The notes: generated by a model not told the origin, from the letters alone. A stretch of 40,647 nucleotides of DNA from Thermomicrobiales bacterium (GCA_041743205.1 JBGTNF010000149.1:1-40647), one strand, 5' to 3'. Shown: positions 8,605-17,729, counted from the first letter of the stretch. A program made the numbers and translations.

Positions 8605-8695
8605 GTAGGGGCGATCCTCCGTGATCGCCCTGAGGTTCCGGACGTCCGGGATCGGGTCAACACGTATCCAGCGGGGCCAGGTTGACCCCTACGCA
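8605..8695. repeat. 91-bp composite REP-like element, an inverted copy of 5360..5450
   Basis: GTAGGGGCGATCCTCCGTGATCGCCC (8605-8630) and TCGGGTCAACACGTATCCAGCGGGGCCAGGTTGACCCCTACGCA (8652-8695) are exact reverse complements of the arms of the 5360..5450 copy. The 21-nt centre differs. Confidence 0.75.
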
Positions 8696-8775
8696 CAACG
8701 TCATTTGCTCACGGTTTACTCGGATTTCATATGATTTGTCCCGTAGAACTGGTCCGTCGCTTTGAGGAGGAAACG

Positions 8776-9483
8776 TTGGCCAGGATCCTGGTGGTCGAGG
8801 ATGAGAAGGAGTTGGCGACGCTGGTTCGGCGCGAGATGGAACTCGTCGGCCACCAGGTGACGTCCGCGTTCGACGGACCATCGGCTGTCGAGCTGGCCCT
8901 CTCCGGGAAACCGGACATCATCATTCTCGATATCATGCTGCCCGGTTTCGACGGCTTCGAAGTCACCCGCCGGGTCCGGGCCTCCGCCTCGATCCCGATT
9001 CTGATGCTGACGGCGCGCGCGACCGAGCTGGACAAGGTGCTGGGTCTCGAACTCGGCGCCGACGACTACCTGACCAAGCCATTCTCCATGCGCGAACTTC
9101 AGGCCCGGGTCGGGGCCATACTCCGCCGCTCCGAACTCGTCCGGGAACAGTCACGGCCGCGAGACACAGGCGAAGTCATCGCCTTTCCCGGCCTGGAGGT
9201 CGATACCGCGGCGCACGAAGTTACCAGCAACGGCGAACGCATCCCCCTGACCGCGACCGAGTTCTCGCTTCTGAAATTGCTTGCCGGCAATCAGGGACGC
9301 GTCTTCAGCCGTGAGTTTCTCCTCGAAGAGGTCTGGGGCAATGACGCCGTCGTCTTCGACCGCACGATCGATAGCCATATCCAGCGCCTGCGCAAGAAGC
9401 TGGGGGGCACGGGCTCGCCCGGCGATTACATCGAGACGGTCTGGGGCGTCGGCTACCGGTTCAACGCCCGGATCACTTCGTGA
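8776..9483 (+). CDS. OmpR/PhoB-family response regulator
   Basis: The receiver domain shows ILVVEDE, IIILDIMLPGFDG and LTKPF. The winged-helix C-terminus shows IETVWGVGYRF. The preferred start is TTG 8776, with GAGGAGG 5 nt upstream. The listed ORF starts at ATG 8731. Confidence 0.9.
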   Translation: MARILVVEDEKELATLVRREMELVGHQVTSAFDGPSAVELALSGKPDIIILDIMLPGFDGFEVTRRVRASASIPILMLTARATELDKVLGLELGADDYLTKPFSMRELQARVGAILRRSELVREQSRPRDTGEVIAFPGLEVDTAAHEVTSNGERIPLTATEFSLLKLLAGNQGRVFSREFLLEEVWGNDAVVFDRTIDSHIQRLRKKLGGTGSPGDYIETVWGVGYRFNARITS

Positions 9484-10868
9484 CCGATTCCGATTGGCGG
9501 CGCGAGCCGGGCAAGGCTTCGCCCACTACGCCGCCGCAACGTGGCCCTTCCTTGCCCGGCATCGTCGCCGTGATCGTTGCGGCGCTGGCCGTCGCGGTGG
9601 CCGGGCTGCTGCTGCTTCTCGCACTCAACGTCCTGCTCGGCGGGTACGCACCGATCAGTTCGATCCAGTTGGGATCGAATCTGCTCAACCTTGGCGTTGT
9701 GGTGGTGGGTCTGGGCGGCCTGGTTGCGATCGGCGGGCTGCTGGTTGCGCGGACGCTTCGACAAACCCTGGCCCGAACGACGTCGATCCAAACCCGGCTC
9801 ACGCTGTCTCACCTGGTGGCGGTGACGGCGAGCACCTTCGTTTACGCCACCGGCGGATTCCTCCTGCTGGTCGCCGTGCTGTATCTCTCCGGCTACACGC
9901 TGCGCGGCATGGTCCAGTTGATCCCTCAGTTCTTCGGGGTCACCGTATTCGTGCTGATCCAGATCGCGCTAATCACGCTCTGCGGCATCGTCGTCGCCCG
10001 CGTGGTGAGCCAGATCGTCTCCCGCCGCATGCTCCAGCAAATCGTCGAGCTCGAAGAGGGGTCGAACGCGATTGCGTCGGGCCAGCTCAATCGCCATGTC
10101 GCCGTGCTCACCAATGACGAGCTTGGGCGGCTGGCAGAGCGCTTCAATCACCTGACCTCGCGATTGGGGGCCGCCGACAACCAGCGCCGGGCCTTCGTCG
10201 CCAACATTTCGCATGACCTCCGCACCCCGATCGCCGTGATCCGGGGGCACCTCGATGCCCAACGGGACGCGGACGGAAGCGACGACATTCCCGCGCCCGT
10301 ATCGTTTGCGGCGATCGAGCACGAGACCGCCACGCTCGCGCGCCTGATCGAGGATTTGTTCACGCTTTCCCGGTTGGAGGAAGGCGTCCTCCCGGTCGCG
10401 GCGATCCCGGTCGACCTGGCCGGAATCGTCAACGATACGGTCGCCGGCGTCCGCACCTACGCGCTCAAGACGGGACGCGTCAGCGTCAACGCCCAGGTCG
10501 ACGAGGGACTGCCACAGGTTATGGGGGACGCCACCCGGATCACCCAGGTCATCAACAACCTCCTGCACAACGCGGTGCGGCACACCCCGGAGGGCGGCCT
10601 GGTGCTGGTCGAGGCACGGGCGGTGGAGGACGGCGCCTGGGTGGAGATCAGCGTTCGCGACACCGGGGTCGGGATCGCGCCGGAGCTGCTGGGCAAGATC
10701 TTCGACCGGTACTACCGCGGCGAGGCGGTCGGCGAAAAGGGCGGGGCCGGGATCGGGCTCAGCATCGTCAAGCAACTGGTCGAAATGCAGGGCGGGTCGG
10801 TCTGGGCGGATTCGGTTGTCGGCGAAGGCACGGCGGTGACGTTCCGGTTGCCCGTGGGCTCCACGTGA
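9480..10868 (+). CDS. Membrane sensor histidine kinase (about 4 TM helices, HAMP, HisKA, HATPase_c)
   Basis: The GTG start overlaps the regulator stop (GTGA at 9480-9483). Motifs present are the H-box ISHDLRTPI, N-box LLHNAVRHTP, G1 DTGVGI and G2 GGAGIGLSIV. A HAMP-like segment reads LTNDELGRLAERFNHL. Confidence 0.9.
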   Translation: MTDSDWRREPGKASPTTPPQRGPSLPGIVAVIVAALAVAVAGLLLLLALNVLLGGYAPISSIQLGSNLLNLGVVVVGLGGLVAIGGLLVARTLRQTLARTTSIQTRLTLSHLVAVTASTFVYATGGFLLLVAVLYLSGYTLRGMVQLIPQFFGVTVFVLIQIALITLCGIVVARVVSQIVSRRMLQQIVELEEGSNAIASGQLNRHVAVLTNDELGRLAERFNHLTSRLGAADNQRRAFVANISHDLRTPIAVIRGHLDAQRDADGSDDIPAPVSFAAIEHETATLARLIEDLFTLSRLEEGVLPVAAIPVDLAGIVNDTVAGVRTYALKTGRVSVNAQVDEGLPQVMGDATRITQVINNLLHNAVRHTPEGGLVLVEARAVEDGAWVEISVRDTGVGIAPELLGKIFDRYYRGEAVGEKGGAGIGLSIVKQLVEMQGGSVWADSVVGEGTAVTFRLPVGST

Positions 10869-10884
10869 CCGCAATCGGACTGCA

Positions 10885-11640
10885 TCACTCCCTGATCCGG
10901 CGCGTGCCGGGTGCGAAAACGCCCACCAGATCCGCGAACGAGACCAGCCGCAGCAGGGACACCGAAGAATCCGACGACCCCGCCACGTCCTCGACTTCCA
11001 GGTGCCAGGTTCGGGGATGCGGAATGTAGATGGCGTTGATCCCGGCCCGAAGCGCCGGGTTGATGTCGGAACGGGGCGAGTTGCCGATCATCCAGGTCTG
11101 CCGCGGAACGAGGTCCAGCGAATCGACGAGCGAGCGGTAGACGTGCTCGTCCTTCTCGTCCACGATCACCACCGCGTCGAAAAGGCCCTCGATTCCCGAC
11201 CGTTCGACCTTGGCCTTTTGCTCGTCGTGATGCCCCTTGGTCACCATCACCAGGTCGTGGTGAGGTCGCAGGGCGTCGATCGTGTCCGTCACGCCGGGCA
11301 TGATCTCGAAGTTCTGGTCGAGGATCCGCAGCCCCATCCGCTCGACCGTGTCGAGTTCCGGATCATCGTCCGGGCTACCGTTGATCCGCTGAAAGGTGTC
11401 GCGCAGGCTCCGCGCGAACGAGCGGGCGCCGTAGCCGTGCGCCGCCCGGTTCGCGAGCTGGAGTTCGTCCATCACCGCCTGGATTTCGGCCGTGGAGAGG
11501 TGCTCGTGGTTGAGGTGAACGACGAAATCGGCGAACGCCCGTTCGAAATAGACGTTGTTCTCCCAGAGCGTATCGTCGGCATCGAACAGGAGGTGTTGCC
11601 GAGCCGTTGGATCGAATTGTGTAGCGTGTGACCTCGGCAT
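10885..11640 (-). CDS. HAD-superfamily hydrolase
   Basis: This is the inner part of ORF 10885..11865. The start is ATG 11640 (MPRSHATQF). HAD motif I is FDADDTLW (DxDxT). Later segments are VMVTKG and a downstream MIGNSPRSDI. The listed N-terminal extension crosses a repeat element. Confidence 0.75.
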   Translation of the reverse strand: MPRSHATQFDPTARQHLLFDADDTLWENNVYFERAFADFVVHLNHEHLSTAEIQAVMDELQLANRAAHGYGARSFARSLRDTFQRINGSPDDDPELDTVERMGLRILDQNFEIMPGVTDTIDALRPHHDLVMVTKGHHDEQKAKVERSGIEGLFDAVVIVDEKDEHVYRSLVDSLDLVPRQTWMIGNSPRSDINPALRAGINAIYIPHPRTWHLEVEDVAGSSDSSVSLLRLVSFADLVGVFAPGTRRIRE

Positions 11641-11713
11641 CGTGACGGTTTCTCCGGAGCTGTAAACGTGTCGCTGAGTAGGTGAACGAGCGTGTAGTGA
11701 CACCTTCCCAACT

Positions 11714-11837
11714 GTCATTCCGAGGAACGAGGAATCCCCCGACGAAGGCGGTACTGAGGTTCGGCCGGGCACGTACCGGCTATCGCTTCGCTGCGCCGGG
11801 GGGTTCCTCGCAGCCCGCAGGGGCAGCTCGGGATGAC
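11714..11837. repeat. Imperfect inverted-repeat element of the GTCATTCCGAG...GAGGAATC type
   Basis: The left arm is GTCATTCCGAGGAACGAGGAATCCCCC (11714-11740). The reverse complement of the right end is GTCATCCCGAGCTGC...GAGGAACCCCCC. A related copy lies at 26481..26532. Confidence 0.5.
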
Positions 11838-11920
11838 GGTTGGTGAGATGGTTGGAACTGGCCACGATAGGTTGATTGGACCACTTGAAACGTGTCCCTC
11901 ACCTATGTCCACTGTCAGGT

Positions 11921-12841
11921 TCAGCCGCGCCGGACGAGACCGACGGTAGGAGCCAGCCACTCGATGGCCTCGGGCGTGATCGGATCGAGCACGATTTGGA
12001 GGTGGCTGATCCCCACTTCACGGAACGCCAGCAGCTGCGCCGCAATCTCCTCCGGCGTGCCGCTTATCCCCGGCGTGTGATTCTCACGGAGGGCTCCGGC
12101 CGATCGGGACGAGCCGCCCGTCGCGGTCACCAATACCGCGGCGGTGCGGCCGATCTCGGCCGGAGCCCGGCCAATCTCCTGGCAGATCGCATCGAGCCGG
12201 TCCAGATGCAGCTTCAAGCCCTGGACCGAGTTGCCGTAGTCGGCGTACCAGATGTTCCAGAGATCGACGTACGGAAGGGTCAACCGCAGCATCTTTTCGC
12301 CGGTCGAACCGATCATGATCGGCATTCGGCCCGCCCTCGGACCTCGCGGCACGATCCGGCACTCATTGGCTGAGTAGAACTCCCCCGCGAAGTCGACCTC
12401 GCCGTTGCGCACCAATGAATGGATGATGTGAAACGCTTCCGAGAACCGGGCGAAACGGCGGTCGTAGGGAAACCCGAACGCCTCGTACTCGACCTGGTTC
12501 CAGCCCGCCCCGAGGCCCAGGACGAACCGCCCACCACTGATCTCGTCGATCGTCTCCGCCATCTTGGCGGTCAGCGCCGGGTTCCGGAACGAGGTCGCCA
12601 GCACCAGCGGCCCAAGCTCGATGGTCGTCGTCGTTGCCGCCAGCGCCGAGAGCATGGCCAGGCATTCCCACGGACCCCGGGCCGGCTGTCCTGGCTGCGT
12701 ATAAAGCAGGTGGTCGCCGAGCCAGAGCGAGTCGAGCCCGATCGATTCGGCCAGCAGCGACATCTCGAGATGCTCTTTCCACGAAGCGACGTATTCGACT
12801 TCCGGCAGCTGCAACCCCAGTTTCAGTCGTGTGTGTGGCAT
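11921..12841 (-). CDS. Luciferase-like (LLM-class) F420/flavin-dependent oxidoreductase
   Basis: This is the inner part of ORF 11921..12910. The start is ATG 12841 (MPHTRLKLGLQLP) with GAGGAA upstream. LLM-like segments are LDSLWLGDHLL, RFVLGLGAGW and MIGSTGEKMLRL. Confidence 0.8.
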   Translation of the reverse strand: MPHTRLKLGLQLPEVEYVASWKEHLEMSLLAESIGLDSLWLGDHLLYTQPGQPARGPWECLAMLSALAATTTTIELGPLVLATSFRNPALTAKMAETIDEISGGRFVLGLGAGWNQVEYEAFGFPYDRRFARFSEAFHIIHSLVRNGEVDFAGEFYSANECRIVPRGPRAGRMPIMIGSTGEKMLRLTLPYVDLWNIWYADYGNSVQGLKLHLDRLDAICQEIGRAPAEIGRTAAVLVTATGGSSRSAGALRENHTPGISGTPEEIAAQLLAFREVGISHLQIVLDPITPEAIEWLAPTVGLVRRG

Positions 12842-13370
12842 TGACGTTCCTCGTGTTTTGCGATTGCTCACGTCGATTTCGAACTTTGGCCGATTCCCTC
12901 GAACAGCCACTGCTGATATTAATGCGCAATGCCGATGGATGGGCCAGCCAGGTCGTTCGTTCCTGTCCCTGGGCGAGTCGACGGGCTGCCGACTGCGCCG
13001 ACATTCGCCAGCAACCGTGCACGGCGACGGTCTCCAGCGGCAAAGTTCGAAGTTGGTAAACCGTCAACTACGGGAATGGAACGAGCCACGGCGCCTACCC
13101 AAAAGCATTAAAGAACGATGGTTGCTGGTACTTAGTGTCACATTGACAATTACTCTGGTCAGCCATACCATTCGCACAGGAATCGGCGGACCCAAGGGTC
13201 CGACAGGCGCGAGCAGGACTTGCGCGAGGAGACCGTGCTGCATGCAGGTCAAGGGACAACGGGAATTCGGCGCCAGCGCATCACTGTGGCCGGACGCGAG
13301 TTCATCCGGATCGACGACCGCCCTACTCGAACGCCCCGAGAAGGCGACGTTGTGGCTGGTGGACCCACAG

Positions 13371-14531
13371 ATGGAGGCCGCGTCGTGCGTTCCCGAGGAG
13401 GGAACCGGCGCGTACGAGCAACTCAAGGCCTACGGGGTTGGGCCGATGCGCCAGGAGCGCATCGATCGCTCCTACTTCAAGATGCCGACCGAAGAACGCG
13501 ATGCCCGGATTTGGGAGCTTCGCCATCAACTCGGCAGCCGGCTGGTCATTCTCGGCCACCACTACCAGCGCGACGAAGTCATCCAGTTCGCCGACTTCCA
13601 GGGCGATTCGTACAAGCTCTCCCAGGAAGCCGCCGCCCAATCGGAAGCGGAGTTCACCCTCTTTTGTGGGGTCCATTTCATGGCCGAGAGCGCCGATATC
13701 CTCGGCGCTGACAACACCCACGTCATCCTGCCGAATCTCGAAGCCGGCTGCTCGATGGCCGACATGGCCAAGCCCGAGGACGTCGAGGCTGCGTGGAACC
13801 AGCTCCTGGCGCTGGGCATCTCTGGCATCGTGCCCGTGACCTACATGAACTCGGCGGCGTCGCTCAAGGCCTTCTGCGGCCGCAACGGCGGCATCGTCTG
13901 CACGTCGTCCAACGCGCCTCGCGTGTATGACTGGGCCTTCGAGCGCGGCGAGCGGCTCTTCTTCTTCCCGGACGAGCACCTTGGCCGCAACACCGGTGTG
14001 CGGAAGGAGATTCCGCTCGACCAGATGGTGGTCTGGGACCCGTTCAAGCCGCTCGGCGGCAACACCGAGGCGCAACTTCGACAGGCGAAGGTCTTCCTGT
14101 GGAAGGGGTACTGCTCCGTCCACGCGCGGTTCTCCGTCGCCCAGATCGCCAAAGCCCGCGAAGAGCACCCCGGCGTCAACGTCGTCGTTCATCCGGAGTG
14201 CCCGCTCGACGTCGTCCAGGCGGCGGATTACGACGGTTCGACCGAATACATCATCGACGTGATCACGGCGGCGCCCGAAGGCACGACCTGGGCGGTCGGC
14301 ACCGAAATCAACCTCGTGCGGCGGCTCCAGGCCCGGATGCCCGGCAAGACGATCTTCTGCCTGGATCCGGTGATTTGCCCGTGCTCGACGATGTACCGCA
14401 TCCATCCGGCCTACATGCTGTGGGTGCTCGAACATCTCGTTCGCGGCGAAGTGGTCAACGAAATCACGGTCGATCCGGTCATCGCCGACCAGGCGCGGAT
14501 CGCGCTCGACCGCATGCTGGCCGTGCCGTAG
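13371..14531 (+). CDS. nadA: Quinolinate synthase NadA (long, Bacillus-type form)
   Basis: Strong family motifs are LGHHYQRDEVIQFADFQGDS, FCGVHFMAESAD, AGCSMADMA, CTSSNA, WKGYCSVH, HPEC and CPCSTM. The start is ambiguous within ORF 12831..14531. Candidates are ATG 13371 (chosen), ATG 13446 (closest to the Bacillus NadA N-terminal length as I recall it) and ATG 13242 (GAGGAG 10 nt upstream). Confidence 0.88.
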   Translation: MEAASCVPEEGTGAYEQLKAYGVGPMRQERIDRSYFKMPTEERDARIWELRHQLGSRLVILGHHYQRDEVIQFADFQGDSYKLSQEAAAQSEAEFTLFCGVHFMAESADILGADNTHVILPNLEAGCSMADMAKPEDVEAAWNQLLALGISGIVPVTYMNSAASLKAFCGRNGGIVCTSSNAPRVYDWAFERGERLFFFPDEHLGRNTGVRKEIPLDQMVVWDPFKPLGGNTEAQLRQAKVFLWKGYCSVHARFSVAQIAKAREEHPGVNVVVHPECPLDVVQAADYDGSTEYIIDVITAAPEGTTWAVGTEINLVRRLQARMPGKTIFCLDPVICPCSTMYRIHPAYMLWVLEHLVRGEVVNEITVDPVIADQARIALDRMLAVP

Positions 14532-14545
14532 CCGTAGTGGAGAAT

Positions 14546-15016
14546 ATGATGCCGTTAATCGGGGTGGGCGCGGAAGCGCCGGACTTCACGCTCCTGAACG
14601 ATGAGGGGGCCGAGTTTCACCTCGCCGACTTGCGCGGCTTCATCCGCGCCATGCTGATCTTCTACCCCAAGGATTTCACGCCCGGCTGCACCGACCAGCT
14701 GGTCCAGGTCCGCAAGAACCTCGACCACCTGCGGGGTGCCGGGATCGAGCCAATCGGCGTCAATCCCGACGATGCGGAAAGCCACAAGGCATTTCGCAAG
14801 GCGCACGGCTTGACCTTCGATCTGCTGGTCGATGCCAACGCCGGGGTCGCCGGCCTCTACGGTGCACTCAAGCCGGGCGGCGAAGGCATCCAGCGCTCCG
14901 TCGTGATCGTAGGCAAGGATGGCAAGGTGGTCTTCGCCGAGCAGGGCGCGCCCCCCTGGCAGCGGATTCTCAGCGTGATGCGCAAAACGGACGATGCGGC
15001 TGCCCCCATAGCCTGA
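14546..15016 (+). CDS. bcp: Thiol peroxidase / peroxiredoxin, Bcp type
   Basis: This is the inner part of ORF 14099..15016. The start is ATG 14546 or 14549, after GGAGAA. The motif FYPKDFTPGCT holds the peroxidatic Cys. The gene lies 14 nt after the nadA stop, so it is probably co-transcribed. Confidence 0.85.
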   Translation: MMPLIGVGAEAPDFTLLNDEGAEFHLADLRGFIRAMLIFYPKDFTPGCTDQLVQVRKNLDHLRGAGIEPIGVNPDDAESHKAFRKAHGLTFDLLVDANAGVAGLYGALKPGGEGIQRSVVIVGKDGKVVFAEQGAPPWQRILSVMRKTDDAAAPIA

Positions 15017-15050
15017 ACGTGAACCGCGTTTCTGACCATAAAGACGACTG

Positions 15051-15083
15051 GTAGTGGCCGCCCTTGTGCCGGCCATCCGCTAC
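15051..15083. repeat. GTAG...CTAC-bounded hairpin between convergent genes; a degenerate REP-like unit or bidirectional terminator
   Basis: The sequence is GTAGtGGCCGcccttgtgcCGGCCatccgCTAC. The stem is GGCCG/CGGCC. No flanking T-tract is present. Confidence 0.35.
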
Positions 15084-15139
15084 CGGGTTGATTGCTTACC
15101 GAACGGCCGCTGCCAGGCACTCGCTCCCACGAGACGTCC

Positions 15140-16252
15140 CTAACCGTCTCGACCGCCCGTATCGAGCCAGTACAGCGGCACGTCAAAGTAGGTGCAGATC
15201 GTCACCTCGTCCTGGCGACTCAGCGGGGCGAGCGCATCGAATCGCGGCGCGGCCCGCAGTTCCTCCCGGCTCGTGTCGATTCGCACCTGCCAACCCGTCG
15301 TGTCGGCCAGCAATTCCGGCACGGCCACCCGGCTCTTCCCAACCCCAAGCACGCCGCCAAAGCTCACCAGCACGTAGCGAATGATCACGGTCCGCCGGTC
15401 GGCGGCCGAGCGTGGCGCCGTTTCGCCGTCCGGCATCAACCGGTTCTCGAACAACACGTCGACGATCGAGCCGAGTGGATCGCCGTCGACCGTGATCGCC
15501 TGTCGACCCCGCAAGTCGATCGAATGGTTTTGCCAGCCGCCGTCCGTCGTAATCCGCCGAAGTGGGGCGATGGCATCGGCGATCACGACTGAACCGCCGC
15601 CATCGGGACCCGTCACCAGCAGCCGGGTCGCGGTTTGGTGAATCGAATTTTCCGTGCGGGCGAGACCGACGTGGACTGCGTCGAACGCGGCGAACGTCTT
15701 GTGCGCCGCGCGCAGCTTGTCGGCCGACGCCGATGTGACCGCGATCAGGGGCGAACCGGCGACCACGCGTTCTTCGAGATAGCGCGACTCGTCCTGGCTG
15801 AAGCCGAACGCCGCCAGCGCCCGGCTGAGCTGGCGGCTGGAATCGCCGCTCCCGATCACTGTGCCATCCCGGTCCGCCGGCCGCGCGTCCTTGATGGTCG
15901 CCAGCACGGCGCCGATCGGCCCGGCCACGAGGTAACTGGCCCGGTCCGGGAGGATCAACGAGGCCAGCCCCTGCAGCCAGCTCCCGACGGCATCGAGCGC
16001 CGACGAGGCAATGACGCGGGAAAGCACGGTCTGGTACTGCACGGTCGGATCGGGATCGAGCACGCGCTCGCGCAGGATCACCGAAATGCCCTCGGACGGT
16101 TGGTCGCTCTTGCGCAGCGACGTCAAGGCGTGCTCGGCGTCGATGATGTCGTCGAACAGGGCGATGATCGTCCGCAGGTACTCCATCGACGAACCGGCCT
16201 CTCCAGTCGACCCGGACGAAGGGCGCACCGCTGGTTGAACGGAGAGGCTCAT
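15140..16252 (-). CDS. Fusion protein with a YflT/general-stress-like N-terminal region and a C-terminal PRC-barrel-like domain
   Basis: The N-terminus (EYLRTIIALFDDIIDAEHALTSLRK...GISVILRE) resembles YflT-type stress proteins. The C-terminus (LRGRQAITVDGDPLGSIVDVLFE...RYVLVSFGGVLGVGKSRVAVP) resembles a PRC barrel. ATG 16250-16252 overlaps the upstream gene's stop as ATGA. An alternative start is M23 (MEYLRT). Confidence 0.65.
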   Translation of the reverse strand: MSLSVQPAVRPSSGSTGEAGSSMEYLRTIIALFDDIIDAEHALTSLRKSDQPSEGISVILRERVLDPDPTVQYQTVLSRVIASSALDAVGSWLQGLASLILPDRASYLVAGPIGAVLATIKDARPADRDGTVIGSGDSSRQLSRALAAFGFSQDESRYLEERVVAGSPLIAVTSASADKLRAAHKTFAAFDAVHVGLARTENSIHQTATRLLVTGPDGGGSVVIADAIAPLRRITTDGGWQNHSIDLRGRQAITVDGDPLGSIVDVLFENRLMPDGETAPRSAADRRTVIIRYVLVSFGGVLGVGKSRVAVPELLADTTGWQVRIDTSREELRAAPRFDALAPLSRQDEVTICTYFDVPLYWLDTGGRDG

Positions 16253-17514
16253 GATCTGGGCATTCCTGACTCGGTCGAAACGTCCCGCCGCGCCGGCGCC
16301 TTGCTGGCGGCAGGCTTGATGCCGCGCCGGATCCGGGAGAGCGACCGATCGGCCGGTGCGAACGGCGATCCGAACTGGGCCGGCGAGAGTGGCGCGATAT
16401 CCATGGTGCTCAGTTCCGTTGCCAGCCGGTCGTCCCGGCCTCGCAACAGGTTACTGACGAGCACCTGGGCGGCGGCGCCAATCGGGATTGCGAGCAGCGA
16501 TCCAATCGGTCCGGCAAGCGCGTTGCCGATCAACACGGCCAGCACCACCGTCAACGGGCTCATGCCCACCGCGTTCTTCATGATTCGTGGAACGAGCACG
16601 GCGCCTTCAAGTTGCTGCAGGATGACCACGAAGAGAATGACCCAGAGCGCCTTCTCCGGGGAATCGGCGAGTGCGAACAAGGCGGCGGTCCCGCCTCCGA
16701 TAAACGGACCGATGAAGGGAATCGCTTCCGTGATTCCCGCCCAGATCGCCAACGCCAGCCAGAACCTGAGGTCGATGAACCAATAGGCGACGCCGGAAAA
16801 CGCGCCGACGATAACCATCAGCACAAGCTGGCCCCGGGTCCAGCCGCCGATCCGGAACTCGATCTCATCCCAGATTTCATGCGCCCGCGCCCGGTGTCGC
16901 AAGGGAAAGAGGCTCAGGATCACGCGCTTGATGGTCGCCTTTTCGGTCATCCAGTAGAAGGCCACGATCAGCAGCGAGACGAGGGTGAAGAGAACGCCGA
17001 TGGCCGAGGTCGCGACTCCAACCGCCTGATCCTGGCCAATCTCCGGCGAGCTGCGGATCCGGACGTAGGTGTTCTGGATGCGCCACAGCGTCTGGTACCC
17101 GGTTTGCCGGAGGAAGGCATTGTCGCTCTCGAGCGCCTGCTTCCTGAGGTTGTCGAAAATATCGGGAATGGCTGCGTCGAGGGATGCGAATTGCTCTACC
17201 AGCAGCGGCACCAGCAGGTACAGGCCGCCGAAGATGAACGTGAGCAGGAACGCGTAAACGACGATGATCGCCTGGCCTCGACGCAGGCCGGCGCGTCGCA
17301 AGCGGAAGACGATTGGCTCGATCGCCGCGGCAAAAATGATCCCCAGCATCATCACGAAGATGATCGATCGGATCTGGACGACCATCCAGCCCAGCGCCAC
17401 CACGGCCACCACGGCCAGCGTATAGAGGATGAGGCGGGTGACGGAAAGAGTGGTTGGCACCTTGATCCCCAGCGATCCGGCGTGAACGCACGACACGCCG
17501 GCGAAGCGGGTCAA
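16249..17514 (-). CDS. AI-2E family transporter (PerM/UPF0118-type permease)
   Basis: This is a multi-TM protein with family-like segments WMTEKATIKR, GWTRGQLVLMVIVG, AIPFIGPFIGGG and ILQQLEGAVLVPRIM. The listed start is TTG 17514. An alternative is GTG 17460, with GGGGA upstream. Confidence 0.85.
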   Translation of the reverse strand: MTRFAGVSCVHAGSLGIKVPTTLSVTRLILYTLAVVAVVALGWMVVQIRSIIFVMMLGIIFAAAIEPIVFRLRRAGLRRGQAIIVVYAFLLTFIFGGLYLLVPLLVEQFASLDAAIPDIFDNLRKQALESDNAFLRQTGYQTLWRIQNTYVRIRSSPEIGQDQAVGVATSAIGVLFTLVSLLIVAFYWMTEKATIKRVILSLFPLRHRARAHEIWDEIEFRIGGWTRGQLVLMVIVGAFSGVAYWFIDLRFWLALAIWAGITEAIPFIGPFIGGGTAALFALADSPEKALWVILFVVILQQLEGAVLVPRIMKNAVGMSPLTVVLAVLIGNALAGPIGSLLAIPIGAAAQVLVSNLLRGRDDRLATELSTMDIAPLSPAQFGSPFAPADRSLSRIRRGIKPAASKAPARRDVSTESGMPRS

Positions 17515-17729
17515 TCGCTCCGCCGAATTGCGCTATTCCTCTCATTCTAGCGAACGCAGGCAAGGGGACCGCTTCGAGGCGGCGAGCCTCAATTTCTCGC
17601 GTCCCTAATCAGTTTGATGACTCTCGTACGGTTGCGTAGCCCAACCCCTCCATGCAACAACCTGTGGCGCGCCCGCGCCCGTAGCCGGCGACGTGTTATC
17701 GGGAACTTGATCCAAACGCGCGACGCCGT

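Noticed and set aside
12929-13111. 60-aa + ORF in the nadA upstream region
   Set aside because: It has no SD and an Arg/Pro/Ala-rich low-complexity translation. It lies in a stretch where no reading frame shows the strong third-position G/C bias of real genes here.
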